A DNA stretch of 32,000 bases. Origin: Archaeoglobus fulgidus DSM 4304. GTDB lineage: Archaea; Halobacteriota; Archaeoglobi; Archaeoglobales; Archaeoglobaceae. The DNA is taken from the NCBI RefSeq assembly GCF_000008665.1, contig NC_000917.1, positions 300,001-332,000 on the forward strand, in the 5' to 3' direction. Below, one piece after another: positions 26,007-32,000 of the stretch. The notes below the pieces were generated by a model. It did no database searches. It was given only the letters and a program-made list of their open reading frames with translations, and was not told the origin of the DNA. The number at the start of each line of letters is the position of its first letter. Position 1 is the first letter of the stretch. The position numbers and the translations under genes were made by a program.

Positions 26007-26246
26007 ATGTACGTTCCTGCGAGAAGTCTGGCGAGAAAGTCGGTCGTGCTCACGGATGGGACTGTTGTCGGAACTCTTTACAACATTACGGTTGACTTCA
26101 AAACCGGAACGATAGTCAATCTTCTTGTAAAGCCCGAAAATGAAATTCCCGATTTCAAGAAGGAAGAGGGGCTTTACATAATCCCCTTCGAGTGTGTGAG
26201 GTCTCTAAAAGACTTCATAGTTGTCGACAGAAGAAGAGTTAGATGA
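26007..26246 (+). CDS. PRC-barrel domain protein
   Basis: ARSLARKSVVLTDGTVVGTLYNITVDFKTGTIVNLLVKPE...YIIPFECVRSLKDFIVVDRR. Confidence 0.85.
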   Translation: MYVPARSLARKSVVLTDGTVVGTLYNITVDFKTGTIVNLLVKPENEIPDFKKEEGLYIIPFECVRSLKDFIVVDRRRVR

Positions 26247-26941
26247 GGGACTACATTTTCCCGCCTTTAATATTACCCCTTTTTCTGCTCCTTATTTTCC
26301 TCCCTCTCCTGCTTCTGATGTTTATCTTCACGGGCACTGCCGTCTTTCAGCTTGTTTTTGGTGTGAGTGCAAAAACAGCAATGCTTATCTTCTTCTTCAT
26401 ACTGGTTGGGAGCTTCATCAACATCCCAATCTACGAGAGGGAGGGCGTGGAATACGAAACGACCTACAGAATTTTCGGCCTGATGTATGTGGTCAAGAGA
26501 AGGCAGAAGATGGTGGTGGCGGTTAACCTGGGTGGTTGCGTTTTCCCATCAATTCTCGCTGTTAAGGCGATGCTGGACCTCCTCCACTACATCCCCCTAT
26601 CAGCATGGCTCACGACGTTTCTGCTGACCTCTGCGGTAATATACTACTTCGCCAAGCCCGTTCCCAATGTTGGGATTGTTGTGCCAATGCTAATCCCACC
26701 GCTAACAGCGGCATTTTTCAGCTTCCTGACTCTCGCAATGATTGACGCCCACATGGCTCTGCTACCAAAGCTCTCGTTCTCAACAGGAGTTCTCTCAGCC
26801 CTCTTCGGAGCGGACATCCTTCATCTGAAGGATTTAAACAAAATAGGTTCGGGAGTCGTGAGCATTGGCGGTGCTGGAACCTTTGACGGCATCTTCCTTA
26901 CCGGAATATTTGCGGTAATCTTCTCAGTTCTGTTCGTCTAA
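26243..26941 (+). CDS. DUF1614-type membrane protein
   Basis: Multiple TMs; GVNLGG-like VAVNLGGCVFPSILAV and C-terminal VSIGGAGTFDGIFLTGIFAV; ATGA-type overlap with the PRC-barrel gene. Confidence 0.7.
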   Translation: MRDYIFPPLILPLFLLLIFLPLLLLMFIFTGTAVFQLVFGVSAKTAMLIFFFILVGSFINIPIYEREGVEYETTYRIFGLMYVVKRRQKMVVAVNLGGCVFPSILAVKAMLDLLHYIPLSAWLTTFLLTSAVIYYFAKPVPNVGIVVPMLIPPLTAAFFSFLTLAMIDAHMALLPKLSFSTGVLSALFGADILHLKDLNKIGSGVVSIGGAGTFDGIFLTGIFAVIFSVLFV

Positions 26942-27841
26942 ATCTTCAACGAGGTCTCTCACGGCCATTCTCACAGCTTCCTCGCTGTTGTATCTTGGCT
27001 TCCATCCCAGCCTTTTCAGCTTTTCAATGCTGAGGAGCATTACCGGCACGTCTCCCTTCCACCCCCTATCTCCTCCCGTGAATCTGAATCTGGGAGACAG
27101 TCCAAGCTCCTCGCAGACTATTTCGGCAATTCTCTTCACCTTAATCTGATCCTCGCTGCCTATGTTGAATATGTTGACTCTCTCATCGCCCCTCAGACCG
27201 AAAAGCATCGCATCAACGCAGTCGGAAATGTAGATGTAGGATTTGTTCTGCTCTCCATTACCGAGAATTTCAAGCTCCTCCGGATTCCTTTTCAGCTTCA
27301 TTATGAAGTCGTATATCACGCCGTGTGTGCTCCTCCTCCCGATGACATTGGCGAATCTGTAAATCCACGCCTGCATGTCAAAGGTATGGCAGTAGGACTC
27401 GATCAGAGCTTCGCAGGCAAGCTTCGAAGCACCGTAAAGGCTTATTGGGTGCGTGGGGTAGTCCTCGGGAGTTGGAATCACCTTAGCCTCACCGTAAACG
27501 GTCGAAGTGGAGGTGAAAACTATCCTTGACACCCCCGCTTTTCTCATGGCCTCGAGCAGTCTGTAAGTTGCGAGAACGTTGTTTCTGTAAATTTCATCGG
27601 GATTTTCAGCCCCAATTCTCACATCTGGGTTCGCGGCGATGTGCCAGACCTCTTCAGCACCTTTCAGGTAATCCTTGATGTCATCAGCAGCCAAATCAGC
27701 TTTAACGAGCCTTGCCGCCTCGTTGACAAACTCCTCGTTTCCGCTGGAGAGGTTGTCAATAACTACTATTTCGTTTGATTCTGACAGTTTATCGACGACA
27801 TGGCTGCCTATAAATCCTGCTCCTCCCGTCACCACAATCAT
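26924..27841 (-). CDS. galE: NAD-dependent sugar-nucleotide epimerase (UDP-glucose 4-epimerase family)
   Basis: MIVVTGGAGFIGSHVVDKL, STSTVYGEAKVIP, YGASK, NIGSEDQIKVKRIAEIV (extended SDR). Confidence 0.88.
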   Translation of the reverse strand: MIVVTGGAGFIGSHVVDKLSESNEIVVIDNLSSGNEEFVNEAARLVKADLAADDIKDYLKGAEEVWHIAANPDVRIGAENPDEIYRNNVLATYRLLEAMRKAGVSRIVFTSTSTVYGEAKVIPTPEDYPTHPISLYGASKLACEALIESYCHTFDMQAWIYRFANVIGRRSTHGVIYDFIMKLKRNPEELEILGNGEQNKSYIYISDCVDAMLFGLRGDERVNIFNIGSEDQIKVKRIAEIVCEELGLSPRFRFTGGDRGWKGDVPVMLLSIEKLKRLGWKPRYNSEEAVRMAVRDLVEDLDEQN

Positions 27842-27900
27842 TGGGAAAGATTTTAAAATGAGTTGTTATATACTTTTTCTGCACAGGTCAGCGAGGTGAT

Positions 27901-28128
27901 ATGGTGCTTCCAAATCAGATGGTAAAGTCAATGGTGGGAAAGATAATAAGGGTCGAAATGAAGGGCGAGGAGAACCAGTTAGTCGGGAAACTTGAGGGTG
28001 TGGACGACTACATGAACCTATACTTGACAAACGCGATGGAGTGCAAGGGGGAGGAGAAGGTAAGGAGCCTGGGAGAAATAGTGCTCAGAGGTAATAACGT
28101 CGTTCTAATCCAGCCGCAAGAAGAATGA
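27901..28128 (+). CDS. LSm/Sm-like archaeal protein (SmAP)
   Basis: 75 aa; GKIIRVEMKGEENQLVGKLEGVDDYMNLYLTNA (Sm1) and LGEIVLRGNNVVLI (Sm2). Confidence 0.92.
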   Translation: MVLPNQMVKSMVGKIIRVEMKGEENQLVGKLEGVDDYMNLYLTNAMECKGEEKVRSLGEIVLRGNNVVLIQPQEE

Positions 28129-28511
28129 CGGAATTTCAGATTACCGACACAAGAGAAGAAATATTAAAGATTCTCGAGGAGAGAGGAGCTGTTCTCCAGA
28201 AGGACCTTTGGAAGGAGCTCAACATAGACAGCAGCAAGTGCTCAAGGATACTCAGGAAACTGGAGAAGGAGGGGCTGATAAAGAGAGTAGAGGTTGTCGT
28301 TGATGGAGTAAAGACCTTCAAGATTATCCCCGCGGGTGCGGAGGAGGAGGTGGAAGAGGAGGAAGAGCTGGACCTGAAGGCGGTTCTCGACAGAATGGAA
28401 GAGGTTGCAGGCTATCCGCCATGCTTTGCCTGCACAGAGATAGATTGCGATGCCAAGGAGTGCATAAAACTCGAGGTGTGGTTTCTGGGTAAGTGTAGAA
28501 TGCTGGGCTAA
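28125..28511 (+). CDS. Winged-helix (MarR-like) regulator with Cys-rich C-terminus
   Basis: ILKILEERGAVLQKDLWKELNIDSSKCSRILRKLEKEGLIKRVEV; C-terminal CFACTEIDCDAKEC...GKC; ATGA overlap with the LSm gene. Confidence 0.82.
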   Translation: MTEFQITDTREEILKILEERGAVLQKDLWKELNIDSSKCSRILRKLEKEGLIKRVEVVVDGVKTFKIIPAGAEEEVEEEEELDLKAVLDRMEEVAGYPPCFACTEIDCDAKECIKLEVWFLGKCRMLG

Positions 28512-28545
28512 GTTATTTTAACACGTTTGTCCAATTTGTGAGAGG

Positions 28546-30411
28546 ATGAATGAGGAAGTAAGGGAAATCCTTGGCGGGCTGGACTTTGAATCCACAAAGG
28601 ACGTTGCTGTTCCAGAGAGGTTGATAGACCAGGTTATAGGTCAGGATCATGCGGTTGAGGCCATAAAGAAGGCAGCTGTTCAGAAAAGGCATGTAATGCT
28701 CATCGGCTCACCAGGAACCGGAAAGTCCATGCTCGCCAAGGCGATGGCAGAGCTTTTGCCGAAGGAGGAGCTTGAGGACATCTTAGTTTACCCCAACCCT
28801 CAAGACCCAAATCAGCCAAAAATAAGGCTCGTTCCCGCAGGGAAGGGAAGGGAGATTGTAGAGGCCTACAAAGAGGAGGCGATGAAGAAGGCCCAGGCGA
28901 GGAACTTCCTGATCTTCACCCTCGTCTTCCTCGTCATAGGCTACACCGTGCTGACAAATCCGGGAAATCTGATCTGGGGAATCATTGCAGCAGTGCTGAT
29001 TCTAATGATGTCCCGCTACTTCATACCAAGAGAGGACAGAAACGTTCCGAAGCTGCTGGTTGACAACTCGGACAAGGTTACCGCTCCCTTCGAAGATGCG
29101 ACTGGAGCACATGCCGGAGCACTGTTTGGTGACGTTCGCCACGACCCCTTCCAGAGCGGCGGTCTTGAAACTCCAGCCCACGAGAGGGTTGAGGCGGGTG
29201 CAATCCACAGGGCCCACAAGGGAGTTCTCTACATTGACGAGATAAACACACTGACAATCGAATCCCAGCAGAAGCTTCTCACAGCCCTTCAGGACAAGAA
29301 GTTCCCAATCACTGGGCAGAGTGAGAGGAGCAGCGGTGCAATGGTGAGAACCGAGCCGGTGCCATGCGACTTCATTCTGGTTGCTGCCGGCAACCTCGAC
29401 GCCTTGATGGGGATGCATCCAGCTCTGAGAAGCAGAATCGAGGGCTACGGTTACGAGGTGTACATGAACGATACGATGCCCGACACTCCCGAAAACAGGC
29501 AGAAACTGGTAAGATTTGTTGCCCAGGAAGTTGTCAAGGACGGCAAGATTCCGCACTTCGACAAGTATGCTGTGGCGGAAATAATCAAAGAAGCCAGGAG
29601 GAGGGCTGGAAGAAGGAACCACCTCACCCTGAGACTGAGAGAGCTTGGAGGTCTTGTGAGGACTGCTGGCGATATTGCGAAAAGCGAGGGGTCGGATATC
29701 GTGAGGCTGGAGCACGTTTTGAAGGCAAAGAAGATTGCAAAAACAATCGAGGAGCAGCTTGCAGACAAATACATTGAAAGAAGAAAGGACTATAAGCTCT
29801 TCATCACGGAAGGATACGAAGTTGGAAGGGTTAACGGCCTGGCGGTTATAGGAGAGTCGGCAGGAATAGTTCTGCCAATTATTGCTGAAGTAACTCCTTC
29901 AATGAGCAAATCTGAGGGAAGGGTTATTGCCACCGGCAGGCTACAGGAAATTGCGAGAGAAGCTGTGATGAACGTCTCGGCAATCATCAAAAAGTACACA
30001 GGCAGAGACATTTCAAACATGGACGTTCACATCCAGTTCGTCGGAACCTACGAGGGTGTTGAGGGCGACTCTGCAAGCATAAGCATTGCAACAGCAGTGA
30101 TTTCGGCAATTGAAGGAATACCCGTCGACCAGTCGGTGGCGATGACCGGAAGCCTTTCTGTTAAGGGTGAAGTGCTTCCAGTGGGTGGTGTAACGCAGAA
30201 AATCGAGGCGGCGATTCAGGCAGGTCTGAAGAAGGTAATCATACCGAAGGACAACATAGACGATGTGCTGTTGGATGCGGAGCACGAGGGCAAAATAGAG
30301 GTGATTCCGGTTTCGAGAATCAACGAAGTTCTTGAGCACGTGCTTGAGGACGGTAAAAAGAAAAACAGGCTGATGAGCAAGTTCAAGGAGCTTGAGCTTG
30401 CCGCAGTCTGA
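28546..30411 (+). CDS. lonB: Archaeal membrane-anchored Lon protease (LonB)
   Basis: LIGSPGTGKSMLAKAMAELL, two TM helices inserted in the AAA+ domain, catalytic GDSASISIATAVISAIEG, GSLSVKGEVLPVGGVTQKIEAAIQAG. Confidence 0.96.
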   Translation: MNEEVREILGGLDFESTKDVAVPERLIDQVIGQDHAVEAIKKAAVQKRHVMLIGSPGTGKSMLAKAMAELLPKEELEDILVYPNPQDPNQPKIRLVPAGKGREIVEAYKEEAMKKAQARNFLIFTLVFLVIGYTVLTNPGNLIWGIIAAVLILMMSRYFIPREDRNVPKLLVDNSDKVTAPFEDATGAHAGALFGDVRHDPFQSGGLETPAHERVEAGAIHRAHKGVLYIDEINTLTIESQQKLLTALQDKKFPITGQSERSSGAMVRTEPVPCDFILVAAGNLDALMGMHPALRSRIEGYGYEVYMNDTMPDTPENRQKLVRFVAQEVVKDGKIPHFDKYAVAEIIKEARRRAGRRNHLTLRLRELGGLVRTAGDIAKSEGSDIVRLEHVLKAKKIAKTIEEQLADKYIERRKDYKLFITEGYEVGRVNGLAVIGESAGIVLPIIAEVTPSMSKSEGRVIATGRLQEIAREAVMNVSAIIKKYTGRDISNMDVHIQFVGTYEGVEGDSASISIATAVISAIEGIPVDQSVAMTGSLSVKGEVLPVGGVTQKIEAAIQAGLKKVIIPKDNIDDVLLDAEHEGKIEVIPVSRINEVLEHVLEDGKKKNRLMSKFKELELAAV

Positions 30412-30939
30412 CTATTTTTCGACTACAATCAGCTTTCCAAATCCCTCTTTTATCTCCGCCTTCAAATTCTGACCTTCAAAGACCTTTTCAAGAAAAGTTT
30501 TGACGAACCTCTTGATTTTCAGGTCGTTGAGGATGAGCGTGTAAACACCGTTTCCTTCATCCTTTATCTCATACCAGTTGGCCTTCTCCACGTACCTCAG
30601 AATTTTTTCAACGGTGTCAAGACCCTTCATCTTGTACTGCACTGCGTGGCTTAACCCAATTTCCTCCATCTGCCTCCAGAACTCAGAGTTGTTCACCCCC
30701 TCAATTTCATTGAAAATTACCCTCCAGTGCTCGATGTCAAGAATCATGTGCTGCCTCTTCGCCAGATAGTCAACCCAAGCCTCAAGCGAGTCTGTATCGA
30801 CTCCTAACTGATAAATATCGTACCCGAGGTCGATGAGGTCGCGAATAAGCTCGCTTGTGCTTTTACCAGTCATCTTCCTCATTTTCTCCAACTTTTCCTT
30901 GGATTTGTCATCGAGAGAAACACTCAATCTTTCTGCCAT
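30412..30939 (-). CDS. Ribbon-helix-helix (CopG/MetJ-type) DNA-binding protein with about 115-aa C-terminal domain of unknown function
   Basis: N-terminal MAERLSVSLDDKSKEKLEKMRKMTGKSTSELIRDLIDLGY is a classic RHH. Confidence 0.8.
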   Translation of the reverse strand: MAERLSVSLDDKSKEKLEKMRKMTGKSTSELIRDLIDLGYDIYQLGVDTDSLEAWVDYLAKRQHMILDIEHWRVIFNEIEGVNNSEFWRQMEEIGLSHAVQYKMKGLDTVEKILRYVEKANWYEIKDEGNGVYTLILNDLKIKRFVKTFLEKVFEGQNLKAEIKEGFGKLIVVEK

Positions 30940-30982
30940 TGTTCCTTTTTAATATCGCTGATTAATTACTCTTTCGATGGTA

Positions 30983-31014
30983 CAACAAGGTACATTGTTG
31001 TGCACTGCAGTGCA
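30983..31014. promoter_or_regulatory. Tandem dyads between the RHH gene and the acetyl-CoA-synthetase-like gene
   Basis: CAACAA(30983-30988)-6 nt-TTGTTG(30995-31000), directly abutting the perfect 14-bp palindrome TGCACTGCAGTGCA (31001-31014). Confidence 0.5.
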
Positions 31015-31089
31015 ATTGTGAGCAAATTTGCGCAAAAGTGTTTTAATTTTCGCAAAAATTTTCATTTTTAATCGTTAATCCCAAATAAA

Positions 31090-31110
31090 GTTAAATATCA
31101 ATAATTTAAC
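31090..31110. promoter_or_regulatory. Inverted repeat overlapping a probable TATA region
   Basis: GTTAAAT(31090-31096)-ATCAATA-ATTTAAC(31104-31110). Confidence 0.45.
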
Positions 31111-31157
31111 CTATTTTTGGTGATGAATAGATGACGGACTTTAAGGGGGGAGTTTAG

Positions 31158-32000
31158 ATGGCAGACCCGATGGAAGCTATGAAAAAAGAGTTTGAGAACC
31201 GCATCATTCCACCAAGCTGGAAGGACAGGGTTTGGGAAATAGAAGATTACAGGAAGTTCCACGAGGACACCATCAAGGACAAGGAATCGATAGAGAAGTG
31301 GTGGGAGAAGTGGGCAAACGAGATTTTCTGGTTCAGGAAGTGGGACAGGGCTCTTGACGATAGCAACCCGCCCTTCTACAGGTGGTTTGTTGGCGGAGAG
31401 ACGAATCTCGCTTACCTCTGTACCGACTGGCAGATTGAGCAGGGAAGGAAGAACAAGGTGGCGATTATCTGGGAAGGAGAGCCGGTTAAGGAAAATGGAG
31501 AGCCGGTTGAAGTGAGAAAGCTAACTTACTACGACCTTTACAGGGAATCGAACAGGATTGCCGCGATGCTGAAGGACAAGCTTGGAGTTAAGAAGGACGA
31601 GATCCTGACCTTCTACCTGCCAATGATTCCTGAACTGCCGCTTTTCATGCTTGGAGTGCAGAGAATAGGGGCGAAGCACAGCATAGTGTTCAGCGGATTC
31701 AGTGCTCAGGCTCTGGCGGTTAGAATAATGGATGCTGGTGCGAGGTATGTTGTCACTGCAGATGGCGTTTACAGGAGAGGGAAGGTGCTGAACCTCAAAG
31801 CGATTGTAGATGACGCCGTTAAGATTTGCGAGCAGGAGGGTCACAAGGTTGAGAAGGTTATCGTGGTCAAGAGAGCAGGAAATGAAATCCCGTGGAACGA
31901 TAGCAGAGATGTTTGGTTTGAGGACCTGATGGCAGACATTGGAAAGAACGTGAAGGTTGAGTGCGAGAAAATGGGTTCTGAGGACTTCAGCTTCATCCTA
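31158..32000 (+). CDS. Acetyl-CoA synthetase-like AMP-forming acyl-CoA ligase, 3'-truncated by the window edge
   Basis: Open frame from ATG 31158 to the window end: MADPMEAMKKEFENRIIPPSW...FYRWFVGGETNLAYLCTDWQIEQGRKNKVAIIWEGEP...LTYYDLYRESNRIAAMLKDKLGVKKDEILTFYLPMIPELPLFMLGVQRIGAKHSIVFSGFSAQALAVRIMDAGARYVVTADG. Not in the ORF track because it has no stop. Confidence 0.92.
   Translation, partial: MADPMEAMKKEFENRIIPPSWKDRVWEIEDYRKFHEDTIKDKESIEKWWEKWANEIFWFRKWDRALDDSNPPFYRWFVGGETNLAYLCTDWQIEQGRKNKVAIIWEGEPVKENGEPVEVRKLTYYDLYRESNRIAAMLKDKLGVKKDEILTFYLPMIPELPLFMLGVQRIGAKHSIVFSGFSAQALAVRIMDAGARYVVTADGVYRRGKVLNLKAIVDDAVKICEQEGHKVEKVIVVKRAGNEIPWNDSRDVWFEDLMADIGKNVKVECEKMGSEDFSFIL

Noticed and set aside
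29002-29715. 237-aa minus-strand ORF opposite LonB
   Set aside because: Antisense to highly conserved LonB coding sequence.
1-32000. CRISPR array, IS element or prophage
   Set aside because: No regularly spaced repeats, transposase, integrase or capsid motifs seen in any reading frame; the only mobile-like hint is the damaged locus next to tRNA-Leu.

Overview
This 32-kb window is archaeal chromosomal DNA. Gene content and order look like Archaeoglobus (A. fulgidus-type); that assignment is from memory, with no search run. It opens inside an AglB/STT3 oligosaccharyltransferase gene and closes inside an acetyl-CoA-synthetase-like gene. Confident content, in order: archaemetzincin, TraB-family protein and a CBS-domain site-2 protease (one operon); a 4-hydroxybutyryl-CoA-dehydratase-like flavoprotein plus a small CGGCNP protein; PCNA; primase large subunit with an extra 8-Cys motif; histone; orphan GspE/VirB11-like ATPase; Fe-ADH and tungsten AOR; an oxygen-defence cluster (rubredoxin-like mini-ORF missed by the ORF track, rubrerythrin-like, WrbA, neelaredoxin); GNAT fusion; CopZ; TDT transporter; an AhpD-like / mini-Usp / split TauE locus ending at a tRNA-Leu(UAG); an operon of four KaiC/RecA-fold ATPases, two lacking a Walker A; ferredoxin; PfkB kinase; Bax1 and XPB; PRC-barrel and DUF1614; GalE-like epimerase; LSm, wHTH and LonB; and an RHH regulator divergent from the acetyl-CoA-synthetase-like gene. 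The best candidates for something under-described are the four-gene KaiC-like operon, the S2P-TraB-archaemetzincin operon, the scrambled locus beside tRNA-Leu, the 8-Cys insert in PriL, and a 14-bp motif shared by the oxygen-defence genes. No CRISPR array or complete mobile element was seen.
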